From Eledone cirrhosa (Eukaryota), in contig OZ024741.1 of the NCBI GenBank assembly GCA_964016885.1, positions 91,698,001-91,762,000 on the forward strand: 64,000 nucleotides of DNA, in the 5' to 3' direction. The notes beneath the pieces were generated by a model. It was not told the DNA's origin. It made no database searches and saw nothing but the letters and a program-made list of their open reading frames with translations. The position numbers were made by a program, and so were the translations under genes. Numbering within the stretch: position 1 is the stretch's first letter; each line of letters begins with the position of its first letter. This document shows positions 8,987 to 18,481 of the stretch, one piece after another.

Positions 8987-11900
8987 TTACAGATATATGC
9001 TCAAAGTAGGCCCATTCACTCGGGCCATTCTTGCTTCTCTCACCCATCTTTCAACAAAATGCTGGGAAGAGAGCACTTCCCTCTCTACTCTGATTTTCCT
9101 TTTCAAATGAAATTTGAAAAAGTCAATCAGAGCATCACCGAAGAGGTAAGTGCTCGTCTTCAGCCCTTTCAAACGTGTCCACCATACTATCTCTTTCGCC
9201 ATGGCCACCAGGCAGATAAAAACTGCCTGCCCTTCCCGGCTAAAGGAGGAGGGCGGGGCAATCCTCACGATGGACTCAGATGATAGCCGGATCCGTCCTA
9301 AACGCGACAGCAGGTGTTCGACATAAACCCACAAGTCAGCAATTTTCGGACACTGGACGAGTGCGTGCAGGACGGTTTCGTCGCCCTGCGCGCATCTCGG
9401 ACATGCCCGGCTGACGGCACCTCCATGCCTGTAGAGTTTATCCCGAACTGGCAAGGCTCCTCGGTAGCACTGCCAGGCCAGAGATTTCTGGAAGTTGTCC
9501 ATAGGCCCTGGCCCGAAAGTTCTTCCGAAGAGATTGGCTAGTTGATTTTCGTCGACGCCTAGAGTTTCCCCAAGTACGTCGTCGCTCTTCCCCTCCACTA
9601 ATCCTCTATAGAACGCCGAGGTGGAGTTTCCACCGATCACATTGCCCGATTGGTCGAGGGCTGTGAGCGCCTGAAGACATTCCAGTCTCCAGGCGCTCCC
9701 TCTCGGTCTTCGCTTGACCCAGGACTGCAGCTCCGTCAAGGAAACGAGCTGGGGAAAAACGCGTCTAGCAAACGGCGACCACACCTGATCACCGTCGAGG
9801 AAGAGGTGGAGATGTCGTAGCCTGAGCGCGTGCCTGCGCATCATCAGCCACGGCATGCCCAGCCCTCCACGTAGCGGGTGTTGACAACAGATGGACCGCC
9901 TGACCATCGGAGCACGTCCCTTCCACAAAAAGCGAAAGAGCAAACGCTCCAGCGCAGTCAGGCGAGGCTTAGGACAAGGTACGACGGTTAGGCGGTAGCA
10001 GATGACAGACGCGATGTACGCGTTAGCCACCTCCGCTCGACCTTTCAGGGATAGCTTCCTCTCCGCCCATTTCTGGGTGAGAGAAGCCACCCTGCTCGTC
10101 ACCTCGTCCCAGTTTTTGTCCGTCTGGAGGTCCGGACCGAACCAGACCCCTAGCAATTTAACCGGTCCGTCCGTCCAGCGCCCGACGACGCTGTTGGACG
10201 GCATGGACCTGCCTCTCCAGGTGCCGAGCTGCAGGCCCACTGACTTTTCCTGGTTGATCATTGCTCCTGTCACCGCTTCGTATTCTCTTAGTGTAGTGCC
10301 GATCGCCTCGATGTGTTTGGCGTTCGACACCACTACGGTGACATCGTCCGCATATGCTGACACGGATCTTCCGCATCCTAGTTCGCGCGGGACTCCCCTC
10401 AACGTCTCCAGTTTGTGCAGTAATGGCTCGAGAGTCAATACGTACAAGAGGGACGAGAGGGGACATCCTTGGCGGACCGAGCGCATGATGTTGAACGGTT
10501 CCGACAGGTGACCGTTCACTCTCACCACAGAGCAGATGTCGCTGTGCATGGCAGCGATCCAGCCTCTGAAGACGGGCCCAAAGCCAGCCGCCCTCAGGAC
10601 TGCCGCTAGGTAACGATGGTCGACCCTATCGAAAGCTTTCGACTGATCTAAATTGATCAAGGACCCACCCGTGCCAGGTTCCCTAGCTACCCTCTCTACG
10701 ATGTATCGCATGAGGTGGAGGTTGTCGTGGATGGATCTGTCGGGAATGGCGCATGTCTGCGCCTCTCCCACCAGACCACCAACGACAAGCGCCAACCTCT
10801 TTGCTAGCACCTTGGCCAAAATCTTAAACTCTGTGTTTAGCAGAGTTATGGGCCGGAAATTGTCTATGTTATCCCCCTTGTTCGGATCCTTTCTCAGCAG
10901 TGCCACCGCTCCTCGGCTCACAGAACTGGGAATTCTCCCGTTCTGTTGCCAGTTGCAGTAGACGTCCGCCAAGAGGCCTCCGAACAAGTCTGGCATCTGT
11001 ACGTAAAGTTCATAGGGCAGACCATCCAAACCAGGCGATTTACCCCTTGTGCAGCCAGTCATTGCCTCCCGTACTTCAACGGCTGTTATCGGCTTTTCGC
11101 AACACCTCGCCTCAGTGGCCGAGAGCCGCGGCAGTCCGTCGAGGTAGACACTAAAGTCCATCCCTCTACCCGGCCCCCCGCTGCCCCCGAACAGCTGAGC
11201 GAAGTGTCGCTGAAAAGCTTCACACATTTGCCCGGGATCGAGTAGCCAGCGCCCGTCGTGGTCCACCAAAGACCGGATCGTGGCTTTGTTGCCACGACGC
11301 GCCTCCGCCACTCGGGCCCATTGAACGGCTTTCGTCCCCTCGTGTCTGAGAGCACGCACCCTAGCTCTAACAACGCAGCCTTCGTGCTTTGCATTGAAGA
11401 ATTGGTCAAGGGCCAATTTCGCCGCAAGCACGTCGGTCGCAATGCCTTTGCTAAGCGCCTCGTCTAATTTTCTAACTAGTTCTCCCTCTGCTCTATTTTT
11501 CTCTATTGCTAAAGCCTTACTAAACCTAATCGATTCTATTCTAATCGCTCTTTTCAGAGCAAACCACCACTTGTTGTTGACGATGGCCCCCGTCAACGCC
11601 CGCTTAACTAGTTCGCTAATCCGGTCTCTGTAGGCCTTGCGCGCTGGTAAGGACGCGTTTAGCTTCCAGTAGCCGGGTCCTCGTCTATGAAACCTATCTA
11701 AGTCAAGCACACAGATCACGAATTTGTGGTCCGTGTAGCTGACTATCTTGAATTGTGGACAGCCTATGCTAGACCTATCTATTTCCCTACAAAATACTCT
11801 ATCTAGATATGATCTGGATGACCCTATGCGGTTTGTCCAAGTCCACATTGGCACATTCGGGAAATCCAATCGGTACCTGTCAGACAGTTCAAAACGCCTG

Positions 11901-12406
11901 AGCAGGTTGGTGAGGCTCTTGCACCCTCCACCCCTATCCGCTAATCCCACACAGTCCCAGCGTGCATCTAAGATCCCGTTCCAGTCGCCCACTAACACTA
12001 AAGAGCGGGACGTTCCAAGAAAGGTCTCCAGACGCCGGAAGAAATCAGGCCGCCCTGCTCCTGTCGGGGCATAGACGGCCACTAGCCTGAAAGCTTGCCC
12101 GTCTCCGCTGGTCACGTCCAGCACCACCAGCTTACCCTCTGGGTCCAGGAAGATGGCCCGTATGGCGAGATCCAAACCTCTCCGAAAAAGCACAGCAACT
12201 CCTCCACCCGATCCAGGACGGCTGGGAGATGCGTACACATCGTAGCCGCCGAAGATCGGTACGAAGGCCCGTGCTTCGGAGATTCTGGTCTCGCTGATGG
12301 CCACTACATCTATGTTTAGTGACCTGAGGTCGTTGAGCAGGTGACCCTGCTTCCATGACGACCCCAAGCCACGCGCATTTATGCTGCCTATTCTGAGTGA
12401 GGTCAT
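8987..12406 (-). CDS. Tx1 ORF2: apurinic-like endonuclease + reverse transcriptase + C-terminal CCHC
   Basis: SINARGL, ISETR, GDWN, YLDRVF, TDH; YWKLN; FRPITLLN, DQSKAFDRV, RQGCPLS, YADD; CPRC..ETVLHALVQC. Confidence 0.96.
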   Translation of the reverse strand: MTSLRIGSINARGLGSSWKQGHLLNDLRSLNIDVVAISETRISEARAFVPIFGGYDVYASPSRPGSGGGVAVLFRRGLDLAIRAIFLDPEGKLVVLDVTSGDGQAFRLVAVYAPTGAGRPDFFRRLETFLGTSRSLVLVGDWNGILDARWDCVGLADRGGGCKSLTNLLRRFELSDRYRLDFPNVPMWTWTNRIGSSRSYLDRVFCREIDRSSIGCPQFKIVSYTDHKFVICVLDLDRFHRRGPGYWKLNASLPARKAYRDRISELVKRALTGAIVNNKWWFALKRAIRIESIRFSKALAIEKNRAEGELVRKLDEALSKGIATDVLAAKLALDQFFNAKHEGCVVRARVRALRHEGTKAVQWARVAEARRGNKATIRSLVDHDGRWLLDPGQMCEAFQRHFAQLFGGSGGPGRGMDFSVYLDGLPRLSATEARCCEKPITAVEVREAMTGCTRGKSPGLDGLPYELYVQMPDLFGGLLADVYCNWQQNGRIPSSVSRGAVALLRKDPNKGDNIDNFRPITLLNTEFKILAKVLAKRLALVVGGLVGEAQTCAIPDRSIHDNLHLMRYIVERVAREPGTGGSLINLDQSKAFDRVDHRYLAAVLRAAGFGPVFRGWIAAMHSDICSVVRVNGHLSEPFNIMRSVRQGCPLSSLLYVLTLEPLLHKLETLRGVPRELGCGRSVSAYADDVTVVVSNAKHIEAIGTTLREYEAVTGAMINQEKSVGLQLGTWRGRSMPSNSVVGRWTDGPVKLLGVWFGPDLQTDKNWDEVTSRVASLTQKWAERKLSLKGRAEVANAYIASVICYRLTVVPCPKPRLTALERLLFRFLWKGRAPMVRRSICCQHPLRGGLGMPWLMMRRHALRLRHLHLFLDGDQVWSPFARRVFPQLVSLTELQSWVKRRPRGSAWRLECLQALTALDQSGNVIGGNSTSAFYRGLVEGKSDDVLGETLGVDENQLANLFGRTFGPGPMDNFQKSLAWQCYRGALPVRDKLYRHGGAVSRACPRCAQGDETVLHALVQCPKIADLWVYVEHLLSRLGRIRLSSESIVRIAPPSSFSREGQAVFICLVAMAKEIVWWTRLKGLKTSTYLFGDALIDFFKFHLKRKIRVEREVLSSQHFVERWVREARMARVNGPTLSIYL

Positions 12407-12441
12407 GTTTAAAATAGAGTGGAAAAGATGGGAAAGACCAC

Positions 12442-14538
12442 TTACCGTACTTTTGGTAGAGGAGGGATGGTTTTTACATCCCTTTTCACTTGATCGTCTG
12501 GTGAAGGGACCGTTGAATCGTCCCTTCGGCTGGTCGTCGGCTCTTCTAAGAGAATGTCTGAGTATACTCTTCGATTGATGGTTCCTCCTAGGTCCCTGAA
12601 ATCACCAACTGCGTTGGGGAATTTCGTTTTAATGTTTGTGTATTGTTTCTGTGCTATTTTTAGCAGTCTTATGTTAGTTGGCGTTTTGATTGGTGCTGGT
12701 ATTATGTAGTCCTGTTGTGAAATGTCTGTGTGTTCAATTATGTAAGTCATTAGTTTCTTGTTGTGTGTATTTATTGCCGTGCATTTGTTTTTCTGGGGGT
12801 GGGGTGTGGTTCTGCTATTTTCTTGTCGTTGTTGCTGGGTGTGTGTGTTTTGTTGTTGTGTTTGCGATGTTGGTGCTTGTGGTGGTGGTGTTGAAGGTGT
12901 TGTTGGCGGTGGGGTTGTCGCCGGTGGTGATGGTGGTGCTAGTGTCGGTGGTGATGGTGTTGGTGTTGTTGCTGCTGTGGGTCTCTTTGCAGTAGACTTT
13001 ACCCTTTTCTCATTTCTTTCCTCCCTTTTCAAAGGCGACGATGCGCTGCTTCTGCGTTTGTGCCTTCTTGCGACCTTTTGCCATCCCTCTCCCACCTCAC
13101 ACTCCATGTCTGATTCTGTGAGGTCGGGGAGGGGTACCAGCTCCACTCTTTCACTTGTTGTTGTTGGTGATGTTTGCACTGGAGTCTCTGTTGCAGCTGC
13201 ATTTGGTATTGCTGTTGTTGTTGTTAATATTTCCACTGCTGCTGCTGTTTTTGATTTCCGTGGCGTGGGTATGGGTGCCACGGACCTATCGTTCCTGGTT
13301 GCCGCTTGTCCTGTTGCTGGTAGCCGTGGAGCCGGATTCGGAAGGAGGGGGGTTTTCTCCTTTCTCAGGGTCTTCTCGTTGCAGAAGGCCCTGAGGTGAG
13401 TCTTCGATCCACAGCGAAAGCATTTCGGGCGTTTGCCCTCAACACTTATGGGCAGTTGAGTGCCGTTATCGAAGTCTATCACATCCGGGATAGCTTCGAT
13501 GCACTCCTGGTTGGTTTGGATTAGCATCTCAATGGAGGAGCCGACCCAATCTTCTCTTACTTTTTTCTGTACTTGCAGTACAGTTGTTTTGTCCTCGATT
13601 CCGACGAGGACAGACGCGGCCAGCCAAGAAGGGGTCATTCCGGGGGGGACGTGGGTCAGTTTGACCCTCACAATTTTTTGCCCGCAGTAGGAGGGCACCA
13701 ACACCATTTCCTCGCTCCTTAGGGTCACTACTGATTGGGCCTTTGCCTCCTGGGGTGTGGCAAAAAGTACGTCTACGGTGGCATATTTTTTGCCTCGGGT
13801 GATGTGCGTTTTCCGCTGCCACACAGACCCCAAGGCTTTTTGTATTTGGGCCTCTGTGGCTCTTTCCACCCTACGGGATTTTGTACTTACTGTACGGTAC
13901 GTGACCGTACAGTGCTCTTGGGTTTTGAAAAATTTTTCCGCTGCCTTGCAGATTGCTCGGTGTCCGTTCTTTGTCACCATCTTCTTCGCTTCCTCTAATT
14001 CCTCATTTGTTATGAGGATTGTTTCCAAATTTTTCGCAATACCTGCAAATGAGATTGGTTTTTCTCTGCTGTTGTTGTTGTCGTCAGAGCTGCTGGTACT
14101 TTTGTTGTTGCTGCAGGTACTACGACTACTGCCTCCGCCGCTGTTGCTGTGGTTGTTGTTGGTGTTGCTGCTGCTAATGCTGTTGTTGTTTATGCTGCTG
14201 GTGATGCTGTTGCGGCTGCTACTGTTGTTTTCATTGTCACTGTTGCTGTTGTTATTACGGCTGCTACTGCTATTATTCCTGACGTCAGACGAATGAACTG
14301 GGTTTTCGTATTTCCCGCACACCTGTTTCGTCGCTGTCGTCGTCGTCGTGGAGAAACCTTGCACGCTTTGCACGAGACTTTTCTTTTCTTTCGTCACTTG
14401 CGAAAGAGAAGGGAGGGAGAGAGACACATTTAAAGAAGGGAGGGAGAGAGACAATCTTCTCTCTGCTGTAGTGATGATTGAGGAAGAAGAAGACGGAATG
14501 AGTGGGAGTGACGTATGAAATTTCTTTTTCGTAGCCAT
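12442..14538 (-). CDS. Tx1 ORF1 (RRM-like core, CCHC zinc knuckle, N/S- and T/P-rich low-complexity arms)
   Basis: Open frame, CFRCGSKTHLRAFC. The first ATG (MATKKK) is at 14538; the ORF-track start at 14574 is a TTG. Confidence 0.9.
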   Translation of the reverse strand: MATKKKFHTSLPLIPSSSSSIITTAERRLSLSLPSLNVSLSLPSLSQVTKEKKSLVQSVQGFSTTTTTATKQVCGKYENPVHSSDVRNNSSSSRNNNSNSDNENNSSSRNSITSSINNNSISSSNTNNNHSNSGGGSSRSTCSNNKSTSSSDDNNNSREKPISFAGIAKNLETILITNEELEEAKKMVTKNGHRAICKAAEKFFKTQEHCTVTYRTVSTKSRRVERATEAQIQKALGSVWQRKTHITRGKKYATVDVLFATPQEAKAQSVVTLRSEEMVLVPSYCGQKIVRVKLTHVPPGMTPSWLAASVLVGIEDKTTVLQVQKKVREDWVGSSIEMLIQTNQECIEAIPDVIDFDNGTQLPISVEGKRPKCFRCGSKTHLRAFCNEKTLRKEKTPLLPNPAPRLPATGQAATRNDRSVAPIPTPRKSKTAAAVEILTTTTAIPNAAATETPVQTSPTTTSERVELVPLPDLTESDMECEVGEGWQKVARRHKRRSSASSPLKREERNEKRVKSTAKRPTAATTPTPSPPTLAPPSPPATTPPPTTPSTPPPQAPTSQTQQQNTHTQQQRQENSRTTPHPQKNKCTAINTHNKKLMTYIIEHTDISQQDYIIPAPIKTPTNIRLLKIAQKQYTNIKTKFPNAVGDFRDLGGTINRRVYSDILLEEPTTSRRDDSTVPSPDDQVKRDVKTIPPLPKVR

Positions 14539-15032
14539 GTTGTTTTTTTGTTTAAAATGAAATTTTGGGTACAAAACCCCAATAACTGGTTATTTAACCC
14601 CGAAGGGCCAAATAACGGACAGAAAGACCCCTCTCACGAGGAGGAGGGTGTCTTTATCAACAATTTGGTTCAAGTTTTAAACAATTTACAATTGTTTTAA
14701 CGGTTAAAAATTACTATACCTTACAGAGCCGAGCCTCCGTCAACCATGGCATTCAATAATAATAATAATAATAATAATGATTTCATTTATTGGCCACAAG
14801 GGCCGACATATAGGGGACAACACAATAGACAGGGACAGTGGGGGTTTACATAGAGATCGAGTAAGTATAAATAACAAAAAAAACAAAATAACAATGAAAA
14901 TACAACAATGAAAGTTCCCCAATAAGAGGGATCACCACCCAGGGTTGACTCAAGCACCCCACCAGTCCTGAGCCACCCGACGCTCCTAGGGCACCCGGGA
15001 AGGGCACCCCTCTCCTTCTCGAATTCACCAGC

Positions 15033-18000
15033 CTACAGGCGCATGATCAGAGTAGGCCCACTCACGCGGGCCATTCTCGCCACATTCACCCACCTTTCAG
15101 TAAATGTACTGGGGGGCAGCACTTCTCTCTCCACCCTCACCTTCCTTTCCAAGTGAAACTTGAAGAAGTTGATGAGGGATTGGCCGAAGAGAAAAGTGTC
15201 TGTCTTCAGTCCTTTCAACCTGGTCCACCATGCAACCTCTTTCGCTACTGCCACCAGGCAGAGGAAAATTGCCTGCCCTTCCTGACCAAAAGAAGGCGGC
15301 GGGTCAATCTTCACTATGGACTCGGACGATAGCCGGATCCGTTCTACACGCGACAATAGCTGTTCGACATAACCCCACAAGTCAGCAATGCACGGACACT
15401 GGACGAGTGCGTGCAGAACGGTTTCGTCGCTCTGCGCGCATCTCGGGCAGGTTCGTCTGACAGCACTTCCGTGCCTGTAGAGTTTATCCCGAACCGGCAG
15501 CGCCCCCCGGTAGCACTGCCAAGCGAGGGATTTCTGGAAGTTATCCATCGTCCCCGGCTCGAAAGTCCTCCGGAACATACTGGTCAGTTCTACTTCGTTG
15601 ACGCCCAGAGCCTCTCCTAGTACGTCATCGCACTTGCCCTCCACTAATCCTCTATAGAAATCTTGAGTGGAAGTTCCACTGACCGCATTGCCCACCTTGC
15701 AGAGTGCAGTGAGCGCCTGGCAACATTCCAGATGCCAGTCGCCCAGTCTCGGTCTCTTCTTGACCCAGGACTGCAGCTCAGTCAAAGAGATGAGCTGCGG
15801 AAAGGCCCGTCTAACAAACGGCGACCACACCTGTTCACCGTTTAGGCAAAATATCTGGAGATGTCGCAGCCTCAGCGCATGTCTGCGCATCATTAGCCAC
15901 GGCATGCCCAGCCCTCCACGAAGAGGGTGCTGGCAGCAGATGGACCGCCTCACCAACGGGACCCGTCCCCTCCACAAAAATTTGAAAAGGAGCCGTTCCA
16001 AATTGGCGAGGCGTGGACGGGGGCAAGGCACGACGGTCAGGCGGTAGTAGATGACGGACGCGATGTACGCGTTCGCCACCTCCGCCCGCCCTTTCAGTGA
16101 TAGCTTTCTCTCAGCCCATTTCTGGGTGAGGTTGGCTATCCTGCTCGTCACCTCGTCCCAATTCTTATCCACCTGGAGGTCTGGTCCGAACCAAACCCCG
16201 AGCAACTTTACCGGTCCGTCTGTCCAGCGCCCAACGACGCTGTTGGACGGCATGGACTTGCCTCTCCAGGTGCCGAGCTGCAAGCCCACCGACTTTTCCG
16301 GGTTAAGTTTTGCTCCCGTCAACCTTTCATATTCCTCCAAATGGGTGCGGATCACCTCGATTTCCGAGGTGTCCGACACCATCACGGTGATGTCGTCCGC
16401 ATAAGCGGACGCAGCCTTTCTACGTCCCGGTTCGAGCGGGATGCCCTGCAACAACTCCAGCTTCCGCAGTAGAGGCTCAAGAGTCAATACGTACAGAAGT
16501 GAGGAGAGAGGGCACCCTTGACGGACCGATCGAGAGATCTGAAACGGTTCCGAGAGGTGGCCATTAACTTTGACCACCGAGCGGATGCCGCTGTACATTG
16601 CAGCGATCCAGCTTCTGAAGACGGGGCCGAAGCCAGCCGCCTCGAGGACAGCCTCCAAGTACCGATGGTCGACCCTATCGAATGCTTTCGATTGATCTAA
16701 ATTGATCAGAGCCCCACCGAAGCCAGGTTTGCACCCAACCCTCTCTATGATGTATCGCATGAGGTGGAGGTTGTCGTGTATGGACCTGGTCGGGATTGCG
16801 CAAGTTTGCGCCTCCCCAACCAAATCTTTGACGACAAGCGCCAACCTTTTCGCTAACACCTTGGCCAAAATCTTAAACTCTGTGTTGAGCAGGGTTATGG
16901 GCCTGAAATTATCTAGTGTGTCCCTCTTGTTCTCGTCTTTCCTTATCAGCGTCACTACGCCACGGCTCACAGAACTGGGAATGCTCCCGTTCTGCTGCCA
17001 GTTGCAGTAGAGCGCTTCGAGGAGATCGGAGAACAAGTCTGGCATATTTACGTAAAGCTCGTAGGGCAGACCATCCAAACCGGGTGACTTGCGACTCGAG
17101 CAGCCGACAAGGGCGTCCTGAATTTCGGCTGATGTTATCGGCTCTTCGCAGCGCTCAGCGTCGGCCGTCGAGAGGCGTGGCAAGCCGTCGAGGTAGGGAC
17201 TGAAGTCCGCCGCCGTCTCCGACTCACCCATCCTCCCGAACAATCGAGCAAAGTGCTGGCGAAAGGCCTCACACATCTGCTTGGAATCGCTCAGTTCGTG
17301 TCCATCTCGATCCGTCAAAGACCGAATTGTGGTTTTATTTCCACGCTGCGTCTCTGCAAAGCGAGCCCATCGGGCAGCTTTGGTTCCCTCGTTCCTCAGA
17401 GCACGCGCCTTAGCTCTGACAATGCAACCTTCGTGTTTCGCATTGAAGAAATGGTCTAGTGCCATTCTCGCCGCTAGCACGTCTGTTGCAATGCCACTAC
17501 AAATAGCCTCGTCTAACTTAGCTATCAGCCCCTCCTCCTTTCTATTTTTCTCTATTGCTACTTCTTTGCTAAATCCTATCGAGGTTGCTCTAATCTCTCT
17601 TTTGAGTGCCCCCCACCACCTGTTGTTGACAACCCCCCCTGTCAACTTTTGCTTAACTAAGTTGTTGACCCGGTCCCTGTAAGCTTTACGTGCCGGAAAC
17701 GACATGTTTAGCTTCCAGTAGCTAGGTCCTAACCTACGTGTCTTATCTAGGTCGACCATACAGATCACAAGCTTGTGATCTGAATAGGCAACCGTTTTAA
17801 AATGTGGACATCCTACACTATTTCTATCTCTTTTCCTAATGAAAATCCTATCTATGTACGATCTAGATGACCCTATGCGATTGGTCCAGGTCCATACTGG
17901 CGCATTAGGGAAATCTAGTCGGTACCTGTCAGACAGTTGAAACTGGCTGATCAGGTACTTGAGGCTTTTGCACCCCCCGCTCCTATCAGATACTCCCACA

Positions 18001-18452
18001 CAATCCCAGCGTGCTTCTAAGATGCCATTCCAATCCCCTATTAACAGTAAAGGGCGAGACGTAAGCAGAAAGTTTTCCAGGCGCCTAAAGAAGTCCGGCC
18101 GACCGGCCCCAGTAGGGGCGTAGACGGCCACCAGTCTAAAGGCACCACCTTCGCTATTGCTCACGTCCAGGACCACCAACTTTCCGTCAGGATCCCGGAA
18201 GATTGACCTTACCTCGAGATCCAGACATTTCCTAAACAGCACAGCCACTCCACCTCCCATTCCCGGCCGACTAACAGATGCAAAGATCTGATAATCGTCG
18301 AAAATCGGCGCCAGTGCGCGTGTGTCGGAAATTCTGGTCTCGCTGATGGCAATTACATCCATTCCTAGTGACCTGAGGTCGTTGAGCAAGTGACCTTGCT
18401 TCCAGGGCGACCCCAGGCCACGAACATTTAAACTTCCTACTCTTATGGCCAT
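15033..18452 (-). CDS. Tx1 family B ORF2 (APE-RT-CCHC), 1139 aa
   Basis: SLNVRGL, GDWN, SDH, RQGCPLS, YADD, CPRC..HALVQC. Confidence 0.96.
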   Translation of the reverse strand: MAIRVGSLNVRGLGSPWKQGHLLNDLRSLGMDVIAISETRISDTRALAPIFDDYQIFASVSRPGMGGGVAVLFRKCLDLEVRSIFRDPDGKLVVLDVSNSEGGAFRLVAVYAPTGAGRPDFFRRLENFLLTSRPLLLIGDWNGILEARWDCVGVSDRSGGCKSLKYLISQFQLSDRYRLDFPNAPVWTWTNRIGSSRSYIDRIFIRKRDRNSVGCPHFKTVAYSDHKLVICMVDLDKTRRLGPSYWKLNMSFPARKAYRDRVNNLVKQKLTGGVVNNRWWGALKREIRATSIGFSKEVAIEKNRKEEGLIAKLDEAICSGIATDVLAARMALDHFFNAKHEGCIVRAKARALRNEGTKAARWARFAETQRGNKTTIRSLTDRDGHELSDSKQMCEAFRQHFARLFGRMGESETAADFSPYLDGLPRLSTADAERCEEPITSAEIQDALVGCSSRKSPGLDGLPYELYVNMPDLFSDLLEALYCNWQQNGSIPSSVSRGVVTLIRKDENKRDTLDNFRPITLLNTEFKILAKVLAKRLALVVKDLVGEAQTCAIPTRSIHDNLHLMRYIIERVGCKPGFGGALINLDQSKAFDRVDHRYLEAVLEAAGFGPVFRSWIAAMYSGIRSVVKVNGHLSEPFQISRSVRQGCPLSSLLYVLTLEPLLRKLELLQGIPLEPGRRKAASAYADDITVMVSDTSEIEVIRTHLEEYERLTGAKLNPEKSVGLQLGTWRGKSMPSNSVVGRWTDGPVKLLGVWFGPDLQVDKNWDEVTSRIANLTQKWAERKLSLKGRAEVANAYIASVIYYRLTVVPCPRPRLANLERLLFKFLWRGRVPLVRRSICCQHPLRGGLGMPWLMMRRHALRLRHLQIFCLNGEQVWSPFVRRAFPQLISLTELQSWVKKRPRLGDWHLECCQALTALCKVGNAVSGTSTQDFYRGLVEGKCDDVLGEALGVNEVELTSMFRRTFEPGTMDNFQKSLAWQCYRGALPVRDKLYRHGSAVRRTCPRCAQSDETVLHALVQCPCIADLWGYVEQLLSRVERIRLSSESIVKIDPPPSFGQEGQAIFLCLVAVAKEVAWWTRLKGLKTDTFLFGQSLINFFKFHLERKVRVEREVLPPSTFTERWVNVARMARVSGPTLIMRL

Positions 18453-18481
18453 GCTGGCAGGATGAATGGGAGAGGAAAGGT

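Larger units (their letters stand above)
8736..14754 (-). mobile_element. Full-length Tx1-like element, family A copy A1
   Basis: 5'UTR-ORF1-ORF2-3'UTR, flanked by (AAT)n at 8703-8735 and 14755-14778. Confidence 0.95.

Noticed and set aside
10002-14433. Antisense and alternate-frame ORFs repeated in each Tx1 copy (e.g. 169, 213 and 179 aa)
   Set aside because: Shadows of GC-rich or low-complexity coding sequence; recurrence only reflects copy identity.
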